Shown in pieces: positions 18,717-28,540 of a stretch of DNA of 49,026 nucleotides. Location: IMG/VR virus record IMGVR_UViG_3300027994_000008, positions 1 to 49,026 of that record. One strand, written 5' to 3'. Source of the stretch: a virus (taxonomy: Duplodnaviria; Caudoviricetes). Each line of letters begins with the position of its first letter. The first letter of the stretch is position 1. Under the pieces are notes generated by a model that saw nothing but the letters and a program-made list of their open reading frames with translations, had not been told where the DNA came from and made no database searches. A program made the position numbers and the translations under genes.

Positions 18717-19148
18717 TTATTGGTTTACAAGGCGCACCCATCCGGCTGCTATTTGTTGTTCTATTGTAATGCCGTTCCATGGTAGGGCATAGCCACGTGA
18801 GCGTAGGTAATCGGCTGCTGTTATGGTTTCATGGATATTATGAAAACACATTTGAACACCTTTATCAGCATAACTTTTAATAAATGATTTTCCGTAAAAT
18901 ATCCTGTCTTTTTTTGTTACCGATTTTGATAAAAAGATACTAGCCACTCCCAACGCATCTTCATCGCTTATTGAGGATAGGGGTTTAAGTATCATATAAA
19001 ACGCGGGAATATGGCTTGCTATCAATATTGATATTTCTGTTTCGCTGCTGAAGGCGTAAGTTAGTATGCAAACGGTATTCCCGTATTGCCCTTCATAGCC
19101 TACGTATTGACTTAAAAAATTAGCTTTGCTCTCATTATTAATTTCCAT
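18717..19148 (-). CDS. Hypothetical protein (moron between TerL and portal)
   Basis: LKPLSSISDED, DYLRSRGYALPW; AT-rich; own promoter; start MEINN preferred. Confidence 0.65.
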   Translation of the reverse strand: MEINNESKANFLSQYVGYEGQYGNTVCILTYAFSSETEISILIASHIPAFYMILKPLSSISDEDALGVASIFLSKSVTKKDRIFYGKSFIKSYADKGVQMCFHNIHETITAADYLRSRGYALPWNGITIEQQIAAGWVRLVNQ

Positions 19149-19153
19149 ATCTT

Positions 19154-19200
19154 TAATTTTGTCCCACAAAACTACGAACTATTTTTCATACCGTACCAAA
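19154..19200 (-). promoter_or_regulatory. Promoter/operator box (copy 5), overlapping TerL 3' end
   Basis: TTTGG..TAGTTTTGTGGGACAAAATTA, 22-nt spacer. Confidence 0.7.
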
Positions 19201-20735
19201 CTTTCTTTGCTTCCGCTGATTGCCACCGATCGGGAACGGCGGTGCCGCCTTTGCCTGTAAATAATAAATTCGCGTTCTAAAACGGTGGTCAATAAATACC
19301 GCAAAGAATCCGTATAGTGACCGTTAAGCTCGTAAGAAATGCCCATTACCTTATCAACAAATTTCTTTTTATCGATACCGCCGTTCATGTCCTCTTTGGT
19401 AATGCTGTAATCGTCAATGCTGGTGCGGCAACTTTCGTTTATCTCAATTGTCCAACCGTCAATGTTGCCGGCCAATATCTCGTTGACAAACTCGCCGCTG
19501 TCCTTTACAGAAGGGTGCGCACGTTTTATTTTGTCCACTACCTGCCAGTCCTCGCCTTTCAGCACGGCGATAAACTTATCGTAAAAACTCCGTCCCTCGT
19601 CATCGTTGGCGTTATGGGCGTTGCCGGCGGGGTCACCATACAAGTTTATCCGGCCTTCGTACCCAATCCGCAACAAATAAAAACTTAATGCCTTTGCGGA
19701 CCGTAAGGCCGTATTATTTGGGGACTTGCAGGGCAGTTCAAATATTTGCCTCAGCACTTTGTTTGGTATGTCTATCTGCCAGCCAGCAATGGTAATATAC
19801 GGCTGCCAGTTAACGTCCGTAGTAATGTGTATTGCACCATCTTTGTACGCCGGTAATTTCCGTACGTGTTTGGTTTCATCGAAGTTCTTTAGGAACTCGC
19901 CGCCCGTTTTGCGCAGCCCCCATTCGCCAAGGGCATACACCCGGTAATCGTTTTCATTGTGCACCCTGTCATGCTCGAAGTCGTCCAGTACGTGTTGATC
20001 GCGGAAGCCAACGTCAGGCAGGCCGGAAGGGTGCCCAACAACGTGGTAGTTGTCCAGGTACGTGGTTTTAATATACAAAAGGTTTCCCTTTGCATTGATC
20101 TTAACAAACGATGTAGGGTCAAGTTTGCAATACTTTGTGGGCGCGTCCAGGTCTTCGCGGCTAAGGTCCAATGTAGTAAAGCCGGTACCTTCTTTTTCTT
20201 CCAAATCCAGTATCTCGGTCTTTATCCAATGCGTTGACATAATGGGGTTCCAATCGGCAATTATCTTTTGACCAGGCATTGCCCGCAACCTTTTACGTGC
20301 CTGCTTAAAATCTGCATGGTCAAACAAAGAAAATTCATTGAAATACAAGAACCGGAAACCGGTAAGCCCCTTTAATTTTTCGCTCTCATCAAGCCCCCGG
20401 AAGCGGATAAGGGCATCGTTATTGAATTTGATAAGGTGTTTAATCCGCTTTTGGTATTCGTCCATTTCCAGGTTGTCGCCCACCGTTTTAAAATCAGCGT
20501 ACACACTGTCGTCAATGTCTACCGAGAATTTGCGCAGTACCATGGTGGACGCTTTTTCTTCAAAAGCCATGCGGCTAAGCAGTTGGACAATGCTAAACGT
20601 TTTGCCCGCGGATGAACCACCGTTCACGAAGATATAGCGGATTTTGTCCTGCTTCAGCGCCCACCGTAAAATCCAAAACAACGGATTAAACAGGTACGGG
20701 TCGTATTCGTAATATATTTCGTCTGGTTTGTTCAA
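19179..20735 (-). CDS. terL: Terminase large subunit (PBSX-like)
   Basis: Walker A GGSSAGKT, FRGLDESEKLKG, Walker B LYFNE, nuclease GDPAG and HYTDSLRY. Confidence 0.92.
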   Translation of the reverse strand: MNKPDEIYYEYDPYLFNPLFWILRWALKQDKIRYIFVNGGSSAGKTFSIVQLLSRMAFEEKASTMVLRKFSVDIDDSVYADFKTVGDNLEMDEYQKRIKHLIKFNNDALIRFRGLDESEKLKGLTGFRFLYFNEFSLFDHADFKQARKRLRAMPGQKIIADWNPIMSTHWIKTEILDLEEKEGTGFTTLDLSREDLDAPTKYCKLDPTSFVKINAKGNLLYIKTTYLDNYHVVGHPSGLPDVGFRDQHVLDDFEHDRVHNENDYRVYALGEWGLRKTGGEFLKNFDETKHVRKLPAYKDGAIHITTDVNWQPYITIAGWQIDIPNKVLRQIFELPCKSPNNTALRSAKALSFYLLRIGYEGRINLYGDPAGNAHNANDDEGRSFYDKFIAVLKGEDWQVVDKIKRAHPSVKDSGEFVNEILAGNIDGWTIEINESCRTSIDDYSITKEDMNGGIDKKKFVDKVMGISYELNGHYTDSLRYLLTTVLEREFIIYRQRRHRRSRSVAISGSKESLVRYEK

Positions 20736-21302
20736 TTAGTCCCGTTTTTTATACCCGACGTTTACCACCGGTTGTTTTTGTTTGTTGTGTTCTTCAAAAC
20801 CGCCTGTAGCTTTCAGGATAAGTTCCAAAGCTTTTGTCCTGTCGGACATTTTAACCTCAATGCCGTATTTTCCTTGTTTAATGCCGGCGATAGCAGCTAA
20901 TGCCTTTGGCCGTATATCGGCGGTGTCTTTCACTTTTACCCGCTGGCTTTTCATCTTGACACCTTTGGGGTCGTCAAAATCCGGGTCGAAGTCTTCGTCT
21001 TCGTCTTCGTTAATATCTGCGGGTATTTCGATTTCTTCGGTTTCTATTGTCACAATGTCAGTAATATCGTGAAAAGCCAGCCTGTAAAGTTCTTTTATGG
21101 CTTTTTGCCGTATTTCTTCGTCTGTTTTTATCTTTTTTTCGCTTCTTTTTTTTATTTCTTCGCGTATGCTAAGCTTCGCTAATAGTTGAGAAGCTTGCTC
21201 GTTTGCCGTATGTTCTGAATAACCCGCACGGATTGCCGCTTGCGTTCCGTTGCGGTCTTTCACGTATTCTTTGCAAAAAAGTTTTTGTCTTTCGTTTAAC
21301 AT
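20736..21302 (-). CDS. terS: Terminase small subunit
   Basis: LNERQKLFCKEYVKDRNGTQAAIRAGYSEHTA motif; DRTKALELI. Confidence 0.92.
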   Translation of the reverse strand: MLNERQKLFCKEYVKDRNGTQAAIRAGYSEHTANEQASQLLAKLSIREEIKKRSEKKIKTDEEIRQKAIKELYRLAFHDITDIVTIETEEIEIPADINEDEDEDFDPDFDDPKGVKMKSQRVKVKDTADIRPKALAAIAGIKQGKYGIEVKMSDRTKALELILKATGGFEEHNKQKQPVVNVGYKKRD

Positions 21303-21315
21303 GTTAAAAAAGTTT

Positions 21316-21537
21316 TTAACCTATTTCTTTAAAAATGTCTTCCCATTCAGCGTAGTTCCTATGTACCGCCAACTGTTTGCCTAGATATAAATGCCATTCT
21401 TTGATAGAAGCCCCAACCAAAATACCGCCGCTTCTTTTAGTTTCCCTGCAAAATCTTTTATACAAACTTTCAATTACGATATCTGCAAATTGCTGCCCAT
21501 TCATTCCGCTAAACGTTTCCGGCTTATCCTTGCTCAT
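21316..21537 (-). CDS. Hypothetical protein
   Basis: 73-aa ORF coupled to helicase stop. Confidence 0.6.
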   Translation of the reverse strand: MSKDKPETFSGMNGQQFADIVIESLYKRFCRETKRSGGILVGASIKEWHLYLGKQLAVHRNYAEWEDIFKEIG

Positions 21538-22922
21538 GCCGTCAAGTATTTACTGATTAATGCTTTAGTTGCAACCAACAACCTGTCCTGCCTGTCGCCT
21601 TTCATGCTAAGGTTTTCCAAAACCTTTTCGTCCCATGTACCACGGGCAACGATGCGGGTGTTCACTACGCTTTCTTTCTGCCCCTGCCTGTCAACCCTTG
21701 TGCACCCTTGTTGGTAAAGTTCCAAAGAATGCGGGCAACTAAACCATGCAACCAGGTTGCTGCCGTGCTGTAGGTTCAACCCGTGCCCCGCACTTGCCGG
21801 GTGCGCGCACAACATTGGTATTTTGCCCAAATTCCAGTTTTTAATATCTTCTTTGTCCTTCAATTTAATAGGCTTCAGTTTTTTGAACCTTTCTTCTATC
21901 CGCGCCCAATCGTGCTTAAACTGGTAGAACACCAACACCGGTTTACCATTCGCCGCCTCGATCAAATCTTCCAGTGCGTCCAGTTTGTCGTTGTGCACCG
22001 TATGCCAGGCACCTGTTTCGTCGTATATCGCGCCATTGGCGTATTGCAACAGTTTGCCCACCAGGCTGGCAGCGTTTACCGCTGTTATTTCCTGTCCGCT
22101 GCCGTACATTTCAAGTACCTGGTCCTTTTCAAATTCAAAGTACCGTTTCATGTTGTCTTCCGACAAAGTAACCATCGTCGTAACGTCCAACCGTGGCGGC
22201 AGTTCCAGGTAGTCTTCTTTCTTCATGCTTAAACAAATATCCGAAATTTTATCATATATTTCTTGTTCCGCTTCTTCGTTCGCCACTTTGTAGGAAAACA
22301 CCTGCGCATTATTGCGTTTGTTCGGTACCAAATAAGCCTCACGGTAAGCAGTTACCGTCTTGCCCAACCGTTCGCCCCGGTCGATCAAAAATAACTGGCT
22401 CCAAAGGTCTGGTAACCCGTTTGGCATAGGCGTGCCGGTAAGCCCTACTACCCTGCGTACTTTTGGCCTTACGACCTTCAGTTCTTTAAACCTTACGCTT
22501 GATGGTGACTTAAAACTACTAAGCTCGTCGATCACTACCATGTCAAAGGGAAAGGCAATGCCGTAATGCGCGGTCAGCCAAGGCACGTTTTCCCGGTTGA
22601 TAACATAAATGTCCGCTGGTGCCCTTAAGGCCGCCAAACGCTGCTTTTGCGTACCTACCGCAACGGACATGCGCAAATGCTTCAAATGCTCCCATTCTTT
22701 TATCTCGTTGGGCCAGGTATCTTCTGCCACACGTATGGGCGCAATTACAAGTACTTTGCTTATTTCCATGTCCACGTTTATCAGCCAATCAATAGCCGTT
22801 AAAGTGGTTACTGTTTTGCCCAGCCCCATGTCCATAAAAAGGGCACAACCGGGGTTGTTCAAGATATGTTCCACGCCCGTATTTTGGTAGTGCCACATGT
22901 CCGATCTTTTTCTTACGACCAT
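21534..22922 (-). CDS. SNF2-family (SF2) helicase
   Basis: DMGLGKT, VIDELS, LTGTP, SAGHGLNLQ, RVDRQGQ motifs. Confidence 0.92.
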   Translation of the reverse strand: MVVRKRSDMWHYQNTGVEHILNNPGCALFMDMGLGKTVTTLTAIDWLINVDMEISKVLVIAPIRVAEDTWPNEIKEWEHLKHLRMSVAVGTQKQRLAALRAPADIYVINRENVPWLTAHYGIAFPFDMVVIDELSSFKSPSSVRFKELKVVRPKVRRVVGLTGTPMPNGLPDLWSQLFLIDRGERLGKTVTAYREAYLVPNKRNNAQVFSYKVANEEAEQEIYDKISDICLSMKKEDYLELPPRLDVTTMVTLSEDNMKRYFEFEKDQVLEMYGSGQEITAVNAASLVGKLLQYANGAIYDETGAWHTVHNDKLDALEDLIEAANGKPVLVFYQFKHDWARIEERFKKLKPIKLKDKEDIKNWNLGKIPMLCAHPASAGHGLNLQHGSNLVAWFSCPHSLELYQQGCTRVDRQGQKESVVNTRIVARGTWDEKVLENLSMKGDRQDRLLVATKALISKYLTA

Positions 22923-23191
22923 CTTAAATAAGTTAAAAGTTTTTCTAATGTTTCGTTACTGTCCACTACCCATACTTTGAAGCCCAAAGATAACAATATT
23001 TTGTGGACAATTTCTTGTCTTTTCCGGGGCTTTTCGCCTTCGCTTTTCAACTCGCAGAACACCGCCCGGCCATCATGTAAAATAAGCCTGTCCGGCAAGC
23101 CGGAAAAGGACAAACTATATATTTTTAATGCCAGCCCGCCCATCTTTTTAACCTCGTCCCGCAGCCGCTTTTCAAACGTTTTTTCGCCCAT
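22913..23191 (-). CDS. VRR-NUC domain nuclease
   Basis: GLPDRLIL, FCELKSEG..PRKRQ; start MGEKTFE preferred. Confidence 0.88.
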   Translation of the reverse strand: MGEKTFEKRLRDEVKKMGGLALKIYSLSFSGLPDRLILHDGRAVFCELKSEGEKPRKRQEIVHKILLSLGFKVWVVDSNETLEKLLTYLRWS

Positions 23192-23215
23192 TATTTTAAG
23201 TTTTTGATTTTTGCC

Positions 23216-23452
23216 GTGGTAACAGTGTAACAGTGGTAACAGTGATTTCCTATAAGGGCATACATTTAGGCAGTTAGGCAAAATAAGTAATATTTTATTT
23301 ATATATGTATCCCCTAATCTGCCTAATTACCCTATTTCCTTATATCTCTCTAACTACTGTTACCACTGTTACCACTGTTACTATACTAGTATAATTATAT
23401 TAAAATCAATGGTTTATCGCAAAATTTAGTGGTAACAGTAATGGTAACGGTG
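23216..23452. repeat. Iteron-like direct/inverted repeats; candidate replication origin
   Basis: GTAACAGTG x3 (23216-23244), inverted ACTGTTACC x3 (23356-23381), two more copies 23429-23452, AT-rich core. Confidence 0.65.
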
Positions 23453-23498
23453 AATTTTACTGATAGATTATTAAAAAATCTAATTAGTAAAAATCAAT

Positions 23499-25958
23499 TT
23501 AACCGAAGCAATTTTCGATTAATTCGTCCACTTCGTTTTTGTCCCGCACGTACCCCCGCGATTTGCCATAAATACCGAAATGCAGGCCGTTGGCAGGCTT
23601 CCAGCCGTCCAGCTTTTTTAGTATAGTGTGTATCGGTTTTGTGTTCACCGTGTTCATGTCTTTTACCTGCCCGCGGAACAGTTCCGCCCATATTTCCGCA
23701 GCACATACCTTGTGCCTTTTTTTAACGCCCTCTGCCCTTACTTCGTCATCCCCGTTAATATAATTTATGCGTTGGTACGTGCCCATTTCTTCCCAATTTT
23801 CGGGTAAAAGCATATCTAAATACTTTCTAATAAGTTCGCCCCTGTCGTCTTGTTCGGAGTGTTCTTTTTGCTTTGCGCGCGCGATATGTTCCACGGCTTC
23901 GTCCAGGTATAGTTTTTCCCCTTTCTGGTAAGCTTCCAACGCTTCCGCCCATATCTGTGCGACCTCATGTTCGTTAAGGTGGACGGACGGTATTTTCGTT
24001 GGTTTTTGCACATCTATGGTTACCGGCCAAAAACGGCGGTTGCCCCCGTCACCACGAAGGAACCCAAAAGTATTTGTTGTGCCGGCGAAAACGCTTTGGC
24101 GGTAAAATTTAGCGGTGTTTTCCCCGTATGCGGGACGGAAAATATCAAATTCTTTGGCAACAAAATGTTTGATGGCCTCAATTTCAGCGTTGCGCATACC
24201 GCTGAGCTCCGCAATTTCCACTATCCAGTACCCTTGCAACTGTTCGGCCGCGGCGTTGCCCTTGTCCAATAATTTAAAGCTAAAACTGTCGCTGAACCAT
24301 TCACCGCCCAACTTGCGGAAAATAGTCGATTTTTGCCGCCCTTCGTCGCCCGTTAAGGTAAATATATATTCGAACTTGATACCGGGCTCGTACAGTCTTG
24401 CCACGGCGGCAATCAGCATCTTCCGGCTTACCTGCCGGGTGTACAAACTATCTTCCGCGCCCTGGTAATCAATAAACAGGGTTTCCATGCGTTCCACGCC
24501 GTCCCATAAATGTGCTTCCAGGTATTTTTTTACGGGGTGGACTGTATTTTTAACGATTTCAGCGTCGAACACGTCCTTTAAATTACCATTGTGCGAAAGG
24601 CTGTACGGTGGTTTGGACAGGTATATGCGCAGTTCGCATTCGTCCTCGTCGGTCAGCCAGTTTGTTTTCCTGGTAACCTTGCGCCAAGGCAGGTCCCCAA
24701 TAACTATTTTGCGGTAACTGAACTCGTCAAACGCAAACTTCCCCTTTAGGTTCGGGTCGTTCAACAAGATGGTTTGGAAATTGGCACGGCTACTGACGAA
24801 ATCCAGTTTGTCGTTGGCCTCCATGGTTTCCATCCAGTCGGTGTTTGCTTCCAATTGTTCACCGTTTCCGCTTGCTTCCATGCCCTCGAAGTCACCTGCC
24901 ACGCTTTCCAGTTTTTCCCGTGCGTTCAGCCTTTTTACCTCGGGCACGGTACGGGCAAATTCTACCATGGCAAGGAAAGAAGGCAATTTGTTCGCGGGCG
25001 TATTTTCTTTGCTGTCCTCGTCCTTCAGCCCAAACTTGTGCAGGCGTACTAGGTCAAAGGCATTGGACAGCTTGCCGCCCGCGGGATCGGTCGCGTGGTG
25101 GCTGTAGGCGTATTTGTCTTCGTACACTACTAAACCGCCCGAAGTACTGCCGCCCGTGTAAGAGAACCGCCCTTCCATATCGCAGGGAACGTATGTTTCG
25201 GGCATAAACTTCGCGATTGCTTCTTCAATTGAAAAGGTACGGCAGAAAGCACCGACAATGCCGGTCTTTTCCAACGGGTCGCCCTGCTTCTTGATACCCC
25301 GTAAAATACTTTCATTGTCGCGTATGCTGCGCGGCCATGCGCCCGTGTCCGTCCAGTCGCGGTAGCCCGCAAGTACGCTGTCCGCGTTTAGCCAGTTACC
25401 ATCCTGTACTTTGAATACGTATTCGCCGTCTTTTGACGTACTGGGCCAGTACATTAGCCGCGAAGGCTGGAACGTAGTGGGGTCAAACAGTTCAATATTC
25501 AAGAAACCAGCGATACGCCTGCCAATGGCCTCGTATTCGTCCGGTGGTACTTCTCGGTCAAGTGGGATTATAAGCCGGTAACGTGGGTTGTCGGGCGTGT
25601 GTTTGTGGGTACTGTACAGCACGGCGCCACAGTCGTACGCCATGGTGAAATCGTCCCAAAACCCGTAATTGCAAAAGTCCAGGTCGAGGCAAACAAGCTG
25701 GCGGTGCGCCACGGTGGTTTTGCTGCGGCTACCGTTCATTAAGTACCCGCCCACGAAGCCGCCAACGTCCTTTATTGCGTCCTGCCGGTCTTTCTTCGCT
25801 GTGGCATATTCCTTCACGGTTTCGGCCGTCCGGTGCGTTACCGATAGCTTTTGAACGATCGAGGACCAGGCAACGTTTACGTTCTTCCATTTCTTACCAT
25901 CGTTGTGGCGGCTTACGCCCTTGGCAATGTCAATTTGCCCGTCAAAGTTCAGTTCCAT
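23499..25958 (-). CDS. Primase-helicase (VirE/VapE-like)
   Basis: N-terminal LDLD, YSTHKH, PRYRLIIPL primase-like motifs; C-terminal GDEGRQKST, VEIAEL, GTTN, GNRRFWP. Confidence 0.9.
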   Translation of the reverse strand: MELNFDGQIDIAKGVSRHNDGKKWKNVNVAWSSIVQKLSVTHRTAETVKEYATAKKDRQDAIKDVGGFVGGYLMNGSRSKTTVAHRQLVCLDLDFCNYGFWDDFTMAYDCGAVLYSTHKHTPDNPRYRLIIPLDREVPPDEYEAIGRRIAGFLNIELFDPTTFQPSRLMYWPSTSKDGEYVFKVQDGNWLNADSVLAGYRDWTDTGAWPRSIRDNESILRGIKKQGDPLEKTGIVGAFCRTFSIEEAIAKFMPETYVPCDMEGRFSYTGGSTSGGLVVYEDKYAYSHHATDPAGGKLSNAFDLVRLHKFGLKDEDSKENTPANKLPSFLAMVEFARTVPEVKRLNAREKLESVAGDFEGMEASGNGEQLEANTDWMETMEANDKLDFVSSRANFQTILLNDPNLKGKFAFDEFSYRKIVIGDLPWRKVTRKTNWLTDEDECELRIYLSKPPYSLSHNGNLKDVFDAEIVKNTVHPVKKYLEAHLWDGVERMETLFIDYQGAEDSLYTRQVSRKMLIAAVARLYEPGIKFEYIFTLTGDEGRQKSTIFRKLGGEWFSDSFSFKLLDKGNAAAEQLQGYWIVEIAELSGMRNAEIEAIKHFVAKEFDIFRPAYGENTAKFYRQSVFAGTTNTFGFLRGDGGNRRFWPVTIDVQKPTKIPSVHLNEHEVAQIWAEALEAYQKGEKLYLDEAVEHIARAKQKEHSEQDDRGELIRKYLDMLLPENWEEMGTYQRINYINGDDEVRAEGVKKRHKVCAAEIWAELFRGQVKDMNTVNTKPIHTILKKLDGWKPANGLHFGIYGKSRGYVRDKNEVDELIENCFG

Positions 25959-26020
25959 ATAAACAGTTTAAAAATGGTATAACAAAACGTTATACACCTG
26001 AAAATAAGTGATTGGTAAGC

Positions 26021-26569
26021 TTAAATATTTATAAATTTTCTCAATTCAGCGATAAAGAAAGGCGTAAATTTTTGATTGGTATCTATGCGGTAAGTCCCGC
26101 CTGTAAACGCACAAATAAAAACCCCTTCTTCAAAGTCGTCCCAAAAGAAACGTGCTTTTTTAACATGTTTTACTTCATTAAAAGCATTCAACAAACCCGC
26201 TTCGTCCGAATACCCGTATTGGTCTTGTACGGATTTCAGTATAGTGTCGCGTATCTGCTTTTGTGTATAAATACTGAATTTTAAATAAGGTTTGGTTTCC
26301 CCTTTACTATGCTTTGGGAAAATGGTTTTACCACGGCAATCAAGTGCGCGGACAAATAGCTGGAGCGCCGCCCAATCTTCTAAAAGGTCCGGGTATTTCT
26401 TAAGAACCTCGGCACTTGCGCCGAAGGGCGCTACTGATTGCAAATGTTTAAAAATATTTGCGATACTGTGTGTTTTAGAGGGCAATACAAATAACCAACC
26501 CTTTTTACAGGAAGCAATACCGACGACATAATTTTTAGCCTTAAAGGCCCGTAGGTCCATTACCCGCAT
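26021..26569 (-). CDS. Hypothetical protein (182 aa), incidentally in frame with broken MTase
   Basis: ATG with A-rich leader 26 nt after the natural MTase stop. Confidence 0.6.
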   Translation of the reverse strand: MRVMDLRAFKAKNYVVGIASCKKGWLFVLPSKTHSIANIFKHLQSVAPFGASAEVLKKYPDLLEDWAALQLFVRALDCRGKTIFPKHSKGETKPYLKFSIYTQKQIRDTILKSVQDQYGYSDEAGLLNAFNEVKHVKKARFFWDDFEEGVFICAFTGGTYRIDTNQKFTPFFIAELRKFINI

Positions 26570-26594
26570 ATCTCTTAATTTTTGTGTGTAAAAT

Positions 26595-27463
26595 TTAAAC
26601 CCAATCCAGGAAACTGAAAATATGGGCAATGGTGTCCACCTGCCAGCCATTGCCCAACTTATGCCTTCCACATCGTACACACGGTTTTGCTGGTAAGGCT
26701 GGGTACCGCCGCTTTCTTTTGAAGGGTTTATCTGCAATACTAAATTATCTTTGGCGACACTGGTAAGGCAATTGGTCTTGCCCTGTAAATTTGGCTCCAA
26801 ACGCTGTTCTGTCGGTGCGCCCGGTGTCCGGTCGCTGGTATTTTCCGGGTTCCTGCCACGGCTGGCGACACATATACTTTCGGTAAGGCCGCCCATGCCC
26901 TTAAAACTTGGTTTGTTGTTTATGTAATACTTTTCATCAACTTCACTTTGTAGAATATCTTTAAGAAATATGCCACGGTCTTTTGGTTGCTCAACGCCCG
27001 GTATGTTTGTCCAGTATAACCTGCGCCTGTTTTGGGCGCATACCAAAGCGGAGTTTATAAGAATTGGGTCAACGCCCATGTACGAAGTGATTACTTTTTT
27101 GCTTTCCTTTTTCATGCGCACGTTTTCCAATAAAAACCAAGTTGGCTTTAACAAATCTTTAAGGCGGACAAACTCGAAAAACAAGGCGCTGCGTGGGTCT
27201 TCAAAGTTCAATTGCTTGCCCGCAAAGCTAAAACCCTGGCAAGGGCTACCGCCGATGAATAAGTCTACTTTGGGGAAAAAGCCGTCAACACCTAAGATAC
27301 TGCCTTCGTAAATAGTGTTTGGGAAATTTGCTTTTGAAACGCGCATGGCGTACCTGTCAATCTCAATAGCGTAATAATTGGTGTAAGTGTGCCCGGCTTT
27401 TAAAAGCGCCAGTTGGCCGCACGACATACCATCGAAGCAAGATACCACGTTTTCAAAATGCAT
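26595..27463 (-). pseudogene. DNA cytosine-C5 methyltransferase, internally deleted / frameshifted
   Basis: Motifs I (FDGMSCG), IV (GGSPCQ), VI (ENV), VIII (QNRRRLY) present; motif IX absent; motif X LGNGWQVDTIAHIF in -1 frame (26595-26657). Confidence 0.75.
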
Positions 27464-27467
27464 TCTT

Positions 27468-27512
27468 TAATTTTGTCCCACAAAAGTATATTTTTAAAAG
27501 ATAGCTTCCAAA
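27468..27512 (-). promoter_or_regulatory. Promoter/operator box (copy 6)
   Basis: TTTGG..TACTTTTGTGGGACAAAATTA, 20-nt spacer. Confidence 0.75.
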
Positions 27513-27539
27513 TAAATGTGTAAAATATTTGGTATAAAA

Positions 27540-27562
27540 CAAAACCGGCAATTGCCGGTTTA
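27540..27562. terminator. Intrinsic terminator
   Basis: AAACCGGCAATTGCCGGTTT palindrome. Confidence 0.6.
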
Positions 27563-28540
27563 TCCTGTTATCCATTTTAAGTTTTCTACCCGTTGCCGGG
27601 AAATTTCCACATATTTTAACTCTTTTTCCATGCAAATAAAATTGCGCCCGGTCAATATCGCCGCTTCGGCGGTCGTTCCGGAGCCGCAGCAATTGTCTAA
27701 AACAGTCATGCCTTCATTTGTGTATGTTTTTAATAGGTATTCAAATAAAGCAACGGGTTTCTGAGTAGGATGGAAGGTAGATGCATCTCGGTTAAAGCGT
27801 AAAATAGAAGTCGGGTACCGTAAACCAGTAGTGTTTTCGTTTGCTGCAAATGTAAAATTAAGGTGTTCAATATATTTTGCTTTATGTTTACTAGGCTTAC
27901 CTTTCACCATTTGTGGGTTGTACACGCGGGGGTATCTGGTATTGAACACTTCGTCTTGCTGCTGTAAAATTTCAAAAGATGTAAAACCTTCCATTTCATC
28001 TATCCTATAATTTTTTATTAAATCTATATAAGTTTCTTGCGTGCACAATGCGTATTGCGTACTGTTAAACCTAAAACAATGATCGGCACGCTGACCAATA
28101 GTACTTATAATTTCCCTTTTAGTTCTACCAATAAATTTAAAAACTTGCTCAAAATAAAAACGTTGTGGGTGTTTAAAATCAAGATCATGCGTATACGGGT
28201 TTGTAAATACAAGCACGTCCTCGAAGTTTTTCATTGGCATCATTTTAGCCAGTAGCGGGGTAACCCCTTGTGCCTTTTCCCAAATCCATTGATGCGAAAA
28301 GTTTTCAAAATTGGAGGCAATCATAGAAGTGGTAAAAGGTTGGGACCCTGTTAAAACAATAAAACCGTTTGGCCTTAATACCCGGTAATACGCTTGCCAC
28401 AATAAATCGAACGGGATTAATACGTCCCATGCGCAGGCCGTAGTCCCATAGGGCAAATCACAAAGTACCATATCAATACTTCCGTCCGGTATGTCTTTCA
28501 TCAGTTCCAGGCAATCGCCGTGCAATATTTGGTTAATCAT
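27560..28540 (-). CDS. DNA N6-adenine/N4-cytosine methyltransferase (beta class)
   Basis: GDCLELM, CDLPYG, HPTQKPVAL, LDNCCGSGTT motifs; ~90-aa internal insertion. Confidence 0.9.
   Translation of the reverse strand: MINQILHGDCLELMKDIPDGSIDMVLCDLPYGTTACAWDVLIPFDLLWQAYYRVLRPNGFIVLTGSQPFTTSMIASNFENFSHQWIWEKAQGVTPLLAKMMPMKNFEDVLVFTNPYTHDLDFKHPQRFYFEQVFKFIGRTKREIISTIGQRADHCFRFNSTQYALCTQETYIDLIKNYRIDEMEGFTSFEILQQQDEVFNTRYPRVYNPQMVKGKPSKHKAKYIEHLNFTFAANENTTGLRYPTSILRFNRDASTFHPTQKPVALFEYLLKTYTNEGMTVLDNCCGSGTTAEAAILTGRNFICMEKELKYVEISRQRVENLKWITG

Noticed and set aside
26021-27463. 480-aa ORF as a novel MTase fusion protein
   Set aside because: Motif X lies in another frame with its own stop and the downstream part has its own ATG; better explained by deletion
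27950-28200. Insertion in the N6/N4 methyltransferase as a second intein or hidden nuclease
   Set aside because: No C/S...HN splice motifs and no convincing alternate-frame ORF; treated as an ordinary variable domain
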